A stretch of 54,169 nucleotides of DNA from Dehalococcoidia bacterium. GTDB taxonomy: Bacteria > Chloroflexota > Dehalococcoidia > Dehalococcoidales > UBA1222. Position numbers and translations under genes: made by a program. Position 1 is the stretch's first letter. Each line of letters starts with the position of its first letter. The stretch is from assembly GCA_009779255.1 (NCBI GenBank), contig WREQ01000003.1, positions 1 to 54,169 of the forward strand, read 5' to 3'. The notes beneath the pieces were generated by a model. It saw nothing but the letters and a program-made list of their open reading frames with translations. It was not told the origin of the DNA and did not search any database. This document shows, in pieces, positions 38,069-47,389 of this stretch.

Positions 38069-38752
38069 ATGGCCGATTCAAAAATCATGGTCATTGAAGA
38101 CGACACCAGCCTGCGCAGCGCGCTTTCCTATACCCTGGATAAAGAAGGCTATGAAGTCATTACCGCCCGCGATGGCAATGAAGCGCTAAACCTGTTCCGC
38201 TCCTGCCTTCCGGATTTAATCCTTCTGGATATAATGCTCCCGATTATGAACGGTCTTGAGGTTTGCCGCATCATTCGCAAGGAATCAGGAGTTCCTATCA
38301 TCATGCTCACCGCGCGCGCCGAAGAAACGGACAAAATCGCGGGGCTGGATATTGGCGCCGACGATTATGTCACCAAACCATTCAGCATGCGCGAGTTGAT
38401 GGCGAGGGTAAGGGCGCTACTGCGGCGCGAACATGCCGGCTCTCATGCTGGAGGCATCTTCAGCTTCGGGGAAATAATTATTGATACCGCGCGCCACAAC
38501 GCCACCCGCGGCGGACAACCGCTCGAACTCAGCCCCAGGGAATTCGACCTGCTGGCTTTTCTGGCGCAAAACAAGGGGCTGGTTTTCAGCCGCGACCAGC
38601 TCATTGAGAAGGTTTGGGGCTATGATTTCACCGGCAGCACGCGGACGGTGGATGTGCATATTCGTTGGCTACGCGGGAAGATAGAGACTGACCCCGAATC
38701 GCCCAGACACCTGCTCACAATACGCGGTACCGGCTATAAACTGGAAAAATGA
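38069..38752 (+). CDS. OmpR/PhoB-family response regulator
   Basis: Receiver domain (KIMVIEDD...DLILLDIMLP...) plus a winged-helix C-terminus (LT.REFDLLAFLAQN.G.VFSRDQL...RTVDVHIRWLR.KIE). The start is taken at MADSK (38069). Confidence 0.9.
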   Translation: MADSKIMVIEDDTSLRSALSYTLDKEGYEVITARDGNEALNLFRSCLPDLILLDIMLPIMNGLEVCRIIRKESGVPIIMLTARAEETDKIAGLDIGADDYVTKPFSMRELMARVRALLRREHAGSHAGGIFSFGEIIIDTARHNATRGGQPLELSPREFDLLAFLAQNKGLVFSRDQLIEKVWGYDFTGSTRTVDVHIRWLRGKIETDPESPRHLLTIRGTGYKLEK

Positions 38753-40095
38753 GAGCGCGCGGACTCTTCGGGAAAATAACTCTGTCGGCAGGACTTCTCG
38801 CTGCCGCCAGCATCATACTGCTGGCCATATCAAGAGCAGACGGCATCTTTATCATCGCGCTTATCCTAGCCGCCGTTGCCTCGCTGACAGCGCTGACGAC
38901 AGGATTCATCGCTTGGCGTATTACCAAGCCGATTAACCGCATAACCACCGCCTTAAACACGATTGCACTGGACTACCCGGCACCGGCAGTACCCATAGAT
39001 GTGAGTACCGACGGTGCAATCGGAAGACTAGAACAGGCTTTTAACAACATGGCACAGCAGTTGAACCGGACGGAAACACGTGCCGAAGCCGAAAGGACAC
39101 GCATGGAGGCGGCGCTGGCTAGGCTGGCTGACGGCATCATCATGACGAATCCCAACGGCAAAGTCGTACTTGCAAACCCAGCCGCCATGCGCCTGTTTGG
39201 CTTTCAGAACGAGGACGTCAGGGGACGCTCTATCATAGAGGTCGTACGCGACCACGAAATCCGCGCCCTTTACCACAAGTGTCTTTCCTCCGGTAATCAG
39301 GAGAACAGGCGCGTAGACAGCAGTTCCCATTTTTTGCATGTCATTGCCGCGCCGCTACCGGCAGATAAGCCGTATGGGGCCATACTACTGTTCCAGGACC
39401 TGACACAGCTTTTCGCACTGCAAACGGTACGTCAGGAATTCGTGGCCAACGTGTCGCATGAACTGCGCACGCCTCTGGCCGGCATCAAGGCCATGGTAGA
39501 AACCCTGCAGGAAGGCGCCCTGCGTGACAAAAAAATAGCTACCGACTTCCTCAGCCGCATCAACAGCGAAATAGATGAAATTACCCAGATAGTCAGCGAG
39601 CTGATGGAGCTTTCGCGCATTGAAACCGGAGAACTCAAGCTCAAGCTCCGGCCTCACAACCTGAATCTGCTCCTGCAGGCCTCCGCCGGGCGCTTTGCGC
39701 CGCAAACGGAAAGGAAACAGCAGACCATCGAGCTTAAACTTGACCATGAATTGCCCGCAGTGAACGCCGATGCCGAACGCATCGGAGAAGTCATCGATAA
39801 TCTCCTGCACAACGCCATCAAGTTCACTCCGGAGGGCGGCACCATAACGCTCGCGAGCATGGCCACGCCGAATGCAGTAAATATATCCGTATCTGACACT
39901 GGCGCTGGCATCGCTACCGCCGACTTGGCGCATGTATTTGAGCGTTTCTACAAGGCCGACAAATCGCGGGCCAAAGAAGGCACAGGGCTTGGGCTGGCCA
40001 TCGCCAAACACATCGTGCAGGCCCACGGCGGCAAAATACAAGCCAAGAGTACTATTGGCAAAGGCTCAACATTCAGCTTCGACCTGCCGCGCTGA
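38749..40095 (+). CDS. Sensor histidine kinase (TM-HAMP-PAS-HisKA-HATPase, PhoR-like)
   Basis: 448 aa with H-box FVANVSHELRTPL, N/G boxes (NLLHNAIKFTPEGG, DTGAGI, GTGLGLAI), and a 4-nt overlap with the regulator gene. Confidence 0.9.
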   Translation: MRARGLFGKITLSAGLLAAASIILLAISRADGIFIIALILAAVASLTALTTGFIAWRITKPINRITTALNTIALDYPAPAVPIDVSTDGAIGRLEQAFNNMAQQLNRTETRAEAERTRMEAALARLADGIIMTNPNGKVVLANPAAMRLFGFQNEDVRGRSIIEVVRDHEIRALYHKCLSSGNQENRRVDSSSHFLHVIAAPLPADKPYGAILLFQDLTQLFALQTVRQEFVANVSHELRTPLAGIKAMVETLQEGALRDKKIATDFLSRINSEIDEITQIVSELMELSRIETGELKLKLRPHNLNLLLQASAGRFAPQTERKQQTIELKLDHELPAVNADAERIGEVIDNLLHNAIKFTPEGGTITLASMATPNAVNISVSDTGAGIATADLAHVFERFYKADKSRAKEGTGLGLAIAKHIVQAHGGKIQAKSTIGKGSTFSFDLPR

Positions 40096-40165
40096 CCATC
40101 CGCAAGATGAGATTCCGCAGGCAGCTTTACACTTTGACAGAATGAAAATCAACCTCTAGAATGAA

Positions 40166-40184
40166 GGGGGTGGGGGGTATACCC
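40166..40184. promoter_or_regulatory. Candidate CsoR-type operator (G-tract plus GGGTATACCC palindrome)
   Basis: GGGGGTGGGGGGTATACCC ends 10 nt before the csoR start. CsoR operators are typically G/C-tract pseudo-palindromes. Confidence 0.3.
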
Positions 40185-40194
40185 ATTACGTGAA

Positions 40195-40485
40195 ATGAGG
40201 TTGGTTATAGTGATAGAACAATCCGAAAATAAAGCCGTCTTAAATCGCCTTCGAAAAATTGAGGGGCAAGTTCGCGCTCTCATAAAAATGGTTGAAGAAG
40301 ATAGAACCTGTGAGGATATTCTTATTCAAATCAGTTCTGCAAAATCAGCACTTCATAAAACAGGGCAAGTGATTTTGGAAGGACATTTGCACCATTGCGT
40401 TATGGACGGCATACGAGAAGGAAAAGAAGAAGAAACAATGAAAAAGCTATCGGCTGCTATTGAGCAGTTTTCCCGTATTGTATAG
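40195..40485 (+). CDS. csoR: CsoR/RcnR-family metal-sensing repressor (C-H-C copper-type ligand pattern)
   Basis: 96 aa with LNRLRKIEGQVRALIKMVEEDRTCEDILIQISSAKSAL...GHLHHC. Confidence 0.85.
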   Translation: MRLVIVIEQSENKAVLNRLRKIEGQVRALIKMVEEDRTCEDILIQISSAKSALHKTGQVILEGHLHHCVMDGIREGKEEETMKKLSAAIEQFSRIV

Positions 40486-40507
40486 CCAGAACAACGAGGT
40501 GCGTATT

Positions 40508-41122
40508 GTGAATAGCCATGAAAGATACTCCATAGAAAAATATGACCGTATCGCCGATACATACGACACATCACTCGACGGAAAATTTACCGCCAAATTC
40601 AAACAAAAAATGCTTACATTTTGCAGCGTATCAGACGGTGACAGGGTTCTTGATGTTGGGTGTGGGAACGGCAGGCTTATTTACGAGATTAGCCGTAAAG
40701 CAGAAATTAAAGCATACGGCATTGATATATCCCCCAAAATGATTGAAGTGTGCAAACAACAGTACGGAAACATTGATTTTGATATATCAAGCGGCGAGGA
40801 CTTGCCTTTCGATGATGGCAGTTTCGATATGCTCACAATTTGTTGTGTTCTACACCATTTGAATAATCCAGTTAGGTTCTTTAAGGAAGCTCATAGAGTG
40901 TTAAGGAAAAACGGTACTCTAATTGTGGGGGAACCGTGTTTTCCATTCATTATCAGGAAAATTACCGATTGGATTATTTCGCCTTTATTAAAAGCGGGTG
41001 ACAATAAATTGTTCAGCCATAGGGGATTGAAAGAGCTTTTTACTTCCAACGGTTTTTCGATAGTAGAGGTCTGCAACAAAGAATTTAAGCAAATAATAAA
41101 AGGTGGAAAGTATGATGGATAA
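40508..41122 (+). CDS. Class I SAM-dependent methyltransferase
   Basis: Motif I VLDVGCGNGRL and a Methyltransf_11-like layout. The start is probably the GTG at 40508 after GAGGTG; the ORF-track start is 40460. Confidence 0.8.
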   Translation: MNSHERYSIEKYDRIADTYDTSLDGKFTAKFKQKMLTFCSVSDGDRVLDVGCGNGRLIYEISRKAEIKAYGIDISPKMIEVCKQQYGNIDFDISSGEDLPFDDGSFDMLTICCVLHHLNNPVRFFKEAHRVLRKNGTLIVGEPCFPFIIRKITDWIISPLLKAGDNKLFSHRGLKELFTSNGFSIVEVCNKEFKQIIKGGKYDG

Positions 41123-41154
41123 TCTACTGCGAGAACCGGCACGACCATGGATTT

Positions 41155-41718
41155 TTACTTCATCCTGATGTGTAGCCCCGCCGCCATAAAGTATACTTCA
41201 TCGGCCTTTCTGGACAGGATCTGATTGGCCCGCCCCAGGCAGTCCCGGTAATGCCGCCCCAGTTCGTTATCCGGCACCACCCCCATCCCCACCTCGTTGC
41301 TTACCAGAATAAAAGTCGCAGGCGACTCACCCATACAACCGACGAGAGCATCCAGTTCTTTCAGAACCGCCTTTTCGGCGGATGCTTTGCGGCGTGTTTT
41401 TAGCATAATGTTCGACACCAACAGGGTGATACAGTCAATCACCACCACGTCCGCCTTTCCGGCAAGTCCCCCGATTGACTCTGCGATGTTCAGCGGCGAT
41501 TCGATTGTCAGCCAGCTTTCGGGGCGGGATTTTCTGTGTGCGGCAATCCGCCGGCGCATATCAGCGTCTCCAGCCTCTGCTGTAGCAACGAACACAACCC
41601 TGCCACCGAGGTCAGACGCCATGCTTTGGGCAAAATTGCTCTTGCCGCTGCGTGCGCCACCGAGTATCAATATGCTTTTCAACAAACGTCCACCCCTTTC
41701 ATTTTTGCAACAAATCAC
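41155..41718 (-). CDS. cobU: Adenosylcobinamide kinase / adenosylcobinamide-phosphate guanylyltransferase
   Basis: P-loop ILILGGARSGKS, with VATAE.... and a conserved His region. The true start may be the TTG at 41685. Confidence 0.88.
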   Translation of the reverse strand: MICCKNERGGRLLKSILILGGARSGKSNFAQSMASDLGGRVVFVATAEAGDADMRRRIAAHRKSRPESWLTIESPLNIAESIGGLAGKADVVVIDCITLLVSNIMLKTRRKASAEKAVLKELDALVGCMGESPATFILVSNEVGMGVVPDNELGRHYRDCLGRANQILSRKADEVYFMAAGLHIRMK

Positions 41719-42391
41719 ACTTCTTTATGTCAAAATACCAGTGACCACCCCTCATGATTTTATCGGCTGCCATCACTTTTAATTTGAGTTTGAACAGCGG
41801 GCCATCAGTGACAACAGTGTGGTATTCACCGGCTTCGCCGCATGGGGTGATGTCGTATTTGGACAAATCCTCGGTCAGAGCCGCATCAACACTCCGCCCC
41901 AACCATTTCTCATCCATGGGACCAGCCTTGGCGGAGACGATTACAGCCTTGAAGCCGCTTTGTATAAACTCCTGCAGCAGGTTTTTCTGACTGTTTTGCC
42001 ACAAAGGCAACTGCGGAATAATGCCGCAATCCCAACATACCCGCTCCACCCACTGCCGGTGCTCGTCGATGTTGATGTCACCGAAAATGCCGTCTGTGAC
42101 GTTTTGCTCTCTCAACTCCCGCAGCGCATGCTTGAACTCAGCTTCATAGTCCTCCCATGCCGCCCGCCGTTGCACCAAAGGCACCCCGACGGCCCGCGCC
42201 TGCTTTTGTAACACCTCTGCAGACAAGCCATGCGAGTGAGATTTCGCCCCGTCTTCGACTGCCATGTTCAACAGATAACAAAGCTCCGTGCCGTTCTTCA
42301 GCGCCCGGTAAGCCGCCAGGGCGCAGTCCTTGCCACCACTCCAGGAAACAAATGCCTTAGTCAATCCGATTCTCCAGATGAGATACATCAT
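41699..42391 (-). CDS. PP-loop ATPase of the Dph6/MJ0570 (diphthine-ammonia ligase-like, DUF71) family
   Basis: AFVSWSGGKDCALAAY..., FGDINIDEHRQWVERVC, PLW, and GEAGEYHTVVTDGPLF match the Diphthami_syn_2 pattern. The likely start is the TTG at 42364 behind GGAGAA. It overlaps both neighbours. Confidence 0.8.
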   Translation of the reverse strand: MMYLIWRIGLTKAFVSWSGGKDCALAAYRALKNGTELCYLLNMAVEDGAKSHSHGLSAEVLQKQARAVGVPLVQRRAAWEDYEAEFKHALRELREQNVTDGIFGDINIDEHRQWVERVCWDCGIIPQLPLWQNSQKNLLQEFIQSGFKAVIVSAKAGPMDEKWLGRSVDAALTEDLSKYDITPCGEAGEYHTVVTDGPLFKLKLKVMAADKIMRGGHWYFDIKKCDLLQK

Positions 42392-42959
42392 TCAGTCGCG
42401 CCAAAACAGCCGCCTGCGGCACATTTTCCACGACGGTCAGTGAAGCTGTGGCGAGGCTGAAACGCCACCAGTTTTGAACGTCTGTGCAGAGCAGGAGGCA
42501 CAGCATAACTCGCAGGCAGCCGGCATGGGCGACAACGGCTATATTTGATTCCGCCAGATGTCCGCTGATTTCATCTATAAAGTTTTTCATACGCCCGGCG
42601 AGCCGTTCCAGGCTTTCGCCGCCATAAGACGTAAAATCGAAGCCACCAGGCTGCCATTCCGGATAGCAGGCAGTAATCTCCTCATAGGTCAGGCCTTCTA
42701 ACCCGCCGAAATCAATCTCTGCCAGGTTTTCGCGTGCGATGACCTCTATGCCCTTCCCCGAAGCGATAATGCGGGCGGTGTCCACCGCTCTTGTCAGATT
42801 GCTGGCGTAGATTTTATCCAGAGGCTCCGCTGACAGACGTCGGCTGAGCGCCACAGCCTGCCCCAACCCCACATCGTTGAGTGGAACATCAGTGCGCCCC
42901 TGATAGCGTCTTTGAAGATTGTAAGCAGTTTCACCATGCCGGATTAAAAATAGCTTCAT
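42357..42959 (-). CDS. cobC: Alpha-ribazole phosphatase (histidine phosphatase family)
   Basis: MKLFLIRHGETAYN with the RHG catalytic motif. Sits between cobS and cobU. Confidence 0.85.
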   Translation of the reverse strand: MKLFLIRHGETAYNLQRRYQGRTDVPLNDVGLGQAVALSRRLSAEPLDKIYASNLTRAVDTARIIASGKGIEVIARENLAEIDFGGLEGLTYEEITACYPEWQPGGFDFTSYGGESLERLAGRMKNFIDEISGHLAESNIAVVAHAGCLRVMLCLLLCTDVQNWWRFSLATASLTVVENVPQAAVLARLNDVSHLENRID

Positions 42960-42971
42960 CAGACAGCTTCC

Positions 42972-43715
42972 TTACCATGTTATGCCGGCAACCAGCGGCA
43001 CGCTCAATAATGCACCCACCTCTGTAATTTCTTTGATGGTACCGTAAACATCCCCCGTCAGCCCACCCAGACGAACATGAAAGAACCACCCGATCCCCAG
43101 CGTTATCAGACTGGCTACCACCATCAATATCAGACCGTCCCAGCGCGCCAGCACCACGGCCACCGCCAACATAATTACAGTAGCCATCACAAGACGCAGT
43201 TTGCCTGCTCCCAGTTTGAAACCCTGTCCCAGACCGCCGGTTTTGCGGGCGTAAGGGAAGGTAAAGATAGACAACACCATTGACCAGCTCCCCAGCGCCG
43301 GCACCAGCAGCCATACCTTCAACAACCACAATTCGGGAAGAACCACGATGCCGGTATATTTAAGCAACAGTACCAGCGCAACTCCGATAACCCCATACGC
43401 CCCCGTATGGCTGTCAGCCATTATCTCCAGCCTTTTGGCATGGGTATTTCCCGCCAGCCCGTCGCAGGTATCAGACACGCCGTCGAGATGCATCGCCCCA
43501 CTGATAAGCACCCACAGCGTCAGCGTCAAAGCACCGCTGACAGCCATCGAAAAAATTTCATTCAGCCCCCAATTAACCAGAAACAGGATTGCTCCGGTCA
43601 GCAGACCAACGAGCGGAAAATAAACCAGTGCCGCGCCCATTTCGCGCGGTCCGGGCTGGCGGCGGAACGGCAGCGGAATAACAGTCAGAAAGCGCAGTGC
43701 CGTCAGGAATCCCAT
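42972..43715 (-). CDS. cobS: Adenosylcobinamide-GDP ribazoletransferase (cobalamin synthase)
   Basis: 247 aa polytopic membrane protein with N-terminus FLTALRFLTVIPLP and HLDG.SDT.DG. Confidence 0.9.
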   Translation of the reverse strand: MGFLTALRFLTVIPLPFRRQPGPREMGAALVYFPLVGLLTGAILFLVNWGLNEIFSMAVSGALTLTLWVLISGAMHLDGVSDTCDGLAGNTHAKRLEIMADSHTGAYGVIGVALVLLLKYTGIVVLPELWLLKVWLLVPALGSWSMVLSIFTFPYARKTGGLGQGFKLGAGKLRLVMATVIMLAVAVVLARWDGLILMVVASLITLGIGWFFHVRLGGLTGDVYGTIKEITEVGALLSVPLVAGITW

Positions 43716-43718
43716 TTT

Positions 43719-44792
43719 CTACGCACCCCCGTCCTTATCCGAAACGCCGGCATCGCCAAAAGTGCACATCTCACTGAGGACGCCAGCCGCCGTACCTGAC
43801 AGCCAGATGCCAAGAGCGGCGCCAGTGCCCTCTCCCAGTCTTAAATTCAGATTGAGCAGAGGGGTCAGCCCCAGCCAGTCCAGCATGATGCGGTGCCCCG
43901 GTTCCACCGAGAGATGCGAGGCAATGAGATATTCCCTGCACAGCGGAGCAAGCTTTACAGCCAGCAGCGCCGCCGCTCCGGAGATAAAACCATCTATCAC
44001 CACCGGAATGTTATTGGCAGCCGCGGCCAGCATAACACCTGCCAGTCCGCCTATCTCAAAACCGCCCACTTTTGATAGAACATCAATCGCATCTGCCCCA
44101 TCCGGGCGATTGACTGTGAGAGCGCGGTTGATGACCTCTATCTTGTGAGCCATTTGCCAGTCAGCGATTCCCGTTCCCCTTCCGGTCACTTCCACCGCCG
44201 TTTTGCCTGTAATAGCGGCGCAAATGGCGCTAGCCGCGGTGGTATTGCCTATACCCATATCACCGGTGCCGACAACATCCATCCCACGGCTTAATTCAGC
44301 CTCGGCCACAGCAATCCCCGCCTCCAGCGAGTCAATCGCCTGTTGACGACTCATCGCCGGACCGACGGCCATATTCTTGGTGCCAGAATCAATAGTTTTA
44401 CAACACAGCATTGGATGCGGCTCAAAACCGCCGATGACACCCATATCCACCACCGCCACACGGGCGCCGGCCTGGCTGGCGAAAACATTGATGGCAGCGC
44501 CGCCATTCAGAAAGTTGAGCACCATCTGACGGGTAACCCGCTGCGGATAAGCGCTGACTCCTTCAACCGCGACGCCATGATCGGCGGCCATTACTACCAC
44601 CGCCCTGTTTTTCAGAACCGGCGATGGCGAGCGGCAGATGCCTGCCAGCTTCACTGACAGTTCCTCCAGCACCCCCAGACTGCCGCGCGGCTTGGTCAGT
44701 TCATCCTGGCGCTTCATGGCGGAGGCCATTGACGCTTCATCCAACGGTTGTATGCGTTTTAAAATCTGTGACAGCGAACTGTTCATCGACAC
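43719..44792 (-). CDS. cobT: Nicotinate-nucleotide--dimethylbenzimidazole phosphoribosyltransferase
   Basis: 357 aa with LTKPRGSLGVLEELS, GDMGIGNTTAASA and EGTGA. Confidence 0.92.
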   Translation of the reverse strand: MSMNSSLSQILKRIQPLDEASMASAMKRQDELTKPRGSLGVLEELSVKLAGICRSPSPVLKNRAVVVMAADHGVAVEGVSAYPQRVTRQMVLNFLNGGAAINVFASQAGARVAVVDMGVIGGFEPHPMLCCKTIDSGTKNMAVGPAMSRQQAIDSLEAGIAVAEAELSRGMDVVGTGDMGIGNTTAASAICAAITGKTAVEVTGRGTGIADWQMAHKIEVINRALTVNRPDGADAIDVLSKVGGFEIGGLAGVMLAAAANNIPVVIDGFISGAAALLAVKLAPLCREYLIASHLSVEPGHRIMLDWLGLTPLLNLNLRLGEGTGAALGIWLSGTAAGVLSEMCTFGDAGVSDKDGGA

Positions 44793-44811
44793 CCCTTGCT
44801 ATTTATAGTTA

Positions 44812-45372
44812 TCAGTATTCTATGCCCTCTCTGGCGGGAACACCCCGACAGTAGTAATGCTTTATCTCTTTCATCTCGGTCACCAGATCGGCGGCATTTA
44901 TGATTTCTTCGGTGGCATTCCGGCCGGTAAGAATCAATTCCAATCCATCCGGTTTGCCGGATATAAGCGACAGAATATCGCGTTGCGAAATGAGCTTCAG
45001 ATGACAGGCGGTCAAAATTTCGTCCATAACGACGATATTGTATTTACCTGATTGTATAACCTCAGTTGCTGTAACCATCCCTTTTACGGCGGCGGAAAAG
45101 TCTTCGTCAGATGGCATATTACCGGCATAAATGAAACATCCCAGCCCATACTGCTCAACAGTTATGCACCCTTGCGACATACAAGACGCCTGTACCTCAC
45201 CATACGGATGCTTTTTGACAAACTGTCCGATATACGTTTTCAGCCCGTGCCCCATAGCGCGAAAGGCCAGCCCGAGAGCCGCTGTCGTTTTACCCTTGGA
45301 GTTGCCGGTATATACCTGCACATAGCCTTTTCCAATCGGATGGCCGGCGGCGCAAAACCCTTCACTATCCAT
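44812..45372 (-). CDS. cobO: Cob(I)yrinic acid a,c-diamide (corrinoid) adenosyltransferase, CobA/CobO/BtuR type
   Basis: GYVQVYTGNSKGKTTAALGLAFRAMGHG, and DE...A. The start is taken at the ATG at 45372, which overlaps the upstream stop (ATGGATAG). Confidence 0.88.
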   Translation of the reverse strand: MDSEGFCAAGHPIGKGYVQVYTGNSKGKTTAALGLAFRAMGHGLKTYIGQFVKKHPYGEVQASCMSQGCITVEQYGLGCFIYAGNMPSDEDFSAAVKGMVTATEVIQSGKYNIVVMDEILTACHLKLISQRDILSLISGKPDGLELILTGRNATEEIINAADLVTEMKEIKHYYCRGVPAREGIEY

Positions 45373-46186
45373 TGCTAAATCTCCTTTCCTCATCGCGGTT
45401 ATGTTTCCGATCGGCGGTAATGAGAACCGCCGGCAGCCGGTTTTTCGGGTGAGACAAGACACTGACATCGGCACCGTAAACCGCCTTGACGCTGGCGGGC
45501 GTAATAACTTCGACGGCGCGGCCTTCGGTGTATATCCTGCCCTGTAGCAGCATGATAATACGGTCGCAATACTGGGCGGCCAGGTTGAGATCGTGCAGCG
45601 CCGCCAGCACCGCTATGCCGTTCCCACGGCAGAGACGAGACATCAACTCCATGGTCTCTATCTGGTAGTTGATATCCAGATGGGAAGTCGGTTCATCCAG
45701 CAGTATCACCCCCGTCTCCTGTGCCAAAGCGCGGGCAATCGTCAGCCTCTGTTTCTCCCCACCGGAAAGTTCCCCTACCCGCCGCCCGGCCAGATGCCAT
45801 GTGTCCGTTATCCGCATGGCATTTACGGCAATATCAATGTCTTTTTGCCCCTCGTAGCGCAGGAAACCAAGATGCGGATTACGCCCCATCAGCACCATCT
45901 CGAAAGATGTGAAAGCCTCAGGCAGCACAGCGTTCTGCGGGACAACAGCGACAAGCCGCGCCAGCACCCCGTAATGCATAGTCCGCACGTCCAAGCCATC
46001 GACACAGACACGCCCTGTCTTCAGCGGCATTACTCTGGTGATGCCTTTTATCAGGGTGGATTTGCCGCAGCCGTTGGGGCCTACGAGGCCAACGATTTCA
46101 CCCGCCCCGACGCCAAAACTGACGGCGTCGATTACCGTTATGTCATCATAAGTCAGGCTGACGTTTTCAAGACGAAGCTTTTCCAC
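45365..46186 (-). CDS. ABC transporter ATP-binding protein, FecE/BtuD type
   Basis: Walker A GPNGCGKST, signature LSGGEKQR, Walker B ILLDEPTSHLD. The likely start is the GTG at 46186 behind GGGAG (alternative TTG at 46204). The ORF-track start at 46390 lies inside the permease gene. Confidence 0.88.
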   Translation of the reverse strand: MEKLRLENVSLTYDDITVIDAVSFGVGAGEIVGLVGPNGCGKSTLIKGITRVMPLKTGRVCVDGLDVRTMHYGVLARLVAVVPQNAVLPEAFTSFEMVLMGRNPHLGFLRYEGQKDIDIAVNAMRITDTWHLAGRRVGELSGGEKQRLTIARALAQETGVILLDEPTSHLDINYQIETMELMSRLCRGNGIAVLAALHDLNLAAQYCDRIIMLLQGRIYTEGRAVEVITPASVKAVYGADVSVLSHPKNRLPAVLITADRKHNRDEERRFSNG

Positions 46187-46200
46187 AGTTGCTCCCGCGT

Positions 46201-47286
46201 TCAAAATACCGCCTTTTTGCGCCGCCTCAACAGATACAGGAAAAACGGAGCGCCAAAGAAAGCTGTGATGATTCCCAGCGGAATCTCTGACGGTGACAGT
46301 AAAGTCCTGGCCAGCAAATCGGCGGTAATCAGGAAAATGGCGCCGCAAATTACGGAAAGCGGTAGCAGGAAACGGAAATCCGGCCCCCATATCAGGCGGA
46401 CGGCGTGCGGAATAATGATGCCCACAAACCCGATGATGCCACCGAAGCTTACGGCAGCAGCAGTAATAATCGTCGCCACAACCAAAAGTATGCGCTTGGT
46501 TCGTTCTACGTTTATACCCAGTTGCTGTGCCTGTTCTTCATCAAATTGCATAATATTGAGTTGCCGGCCAAAGAGGCAAATGAAAACCATGCCAATGGCG
46601 CTTACGGGCAATGTCACCCACACATGTTTCCACTGAGGTGACGAAAAACCGCCCATCAACCAGGCTGATATGCCATGCAGCGATGACCCGCTGGTTATCA
46701 GCAGGTAAGAGCTTACAGCCGAAAGGAACGCGCCCAGAGCAACGCCGGCAAGAATAATGGTAGTCATCGGCAGCGTCCGCCCCACCCTGCCCAGCGAATA
46801 AACCACAAAGACGGCGCCGATGCCACCTGTGAAAGCGAAAATAGGCACGATACCCAAGCTCAAGGCCGAAGCACTCAGTGGGATTAAGAAGCCGATGATT
46901 GCGCCCAACGCCGCCCCCTGTGACACCCCTATCAAATACGGGTCGGCCAGCGGATTGCGAAACAACCCCTGATAGGTCGCCCCAGCTACAGACAGCGCCG
47001 CGCCGCTGACTCCGGCTAAAATAACCCTTGGCATTCTGATGTTGAGTATGGCTGTCTCAATCGGCCCCGGCCATGTCGGCGTGATGGAGACTCCGGGCAA
47101 TTTTGACAATATGATACTCAGGGTAGTAGAAAACGAGATGCGCGTACTACCAATGCCTATCGCCAATAACGCAACGATCATCAGCAGAAGCAGCAGGCAA
47201 ACGATGGCAATAACGCGACTCTTCCATTTAAGGGATACGCTTTGCAATTTCTCCGGCTCATCCTGTCCGTTGGTCATATTATACAA
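46201..47286 (-). CDS. ABC transporter permease, FecCD/BtuC family
   Basis: 361 aa with about 9-10 TM segments and FecCD motifs (RNPLADPYLIGVSQGAALGA, LPLGIITAFFGAPFFLYLL). Confidence 0.9.
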   Translation of the reverse strand: MYNMTNGQDEPEKLQSVSLKWKSRVIAIVCLLLLLMIVALLAIGIGSTRISFSTTLSIILSKLPGVSITPTWPGPIETAILNIRMPRVILAGVSGAALSVAGATYQGLFRNPLADPYLIGVSQGAALGAIIGFLIPLSASALSLGIVPIFAFTGGIGAVFVVYSLGRVGRTLPMTTIILAGVALGAFLSAVSSYLLITSGSSLHGISAWLMGGFSSPQWKHVWVTLPVSAIGMVFICLFGRQLNIMQFDEEQAQQLGINVERTKRILLVVATIITAAAVSFGGIIGFVGIIIPHAVRLIWGPDFRFLLPLSVICGAIFLITADLLARTLLSPSEIPLGIITAFFGAPFFLYLLRRRKKAVF

Positions 47287-47389
47287 TCCGCGCCTCTCAG
47301 AAACCGCTTACAGCCAGGTTGCTACAGGTGGAGATGCAAAGGGGTGGCTATTTCCATATACAGCAGTCATCAATCCAGCCAAAAACCCG

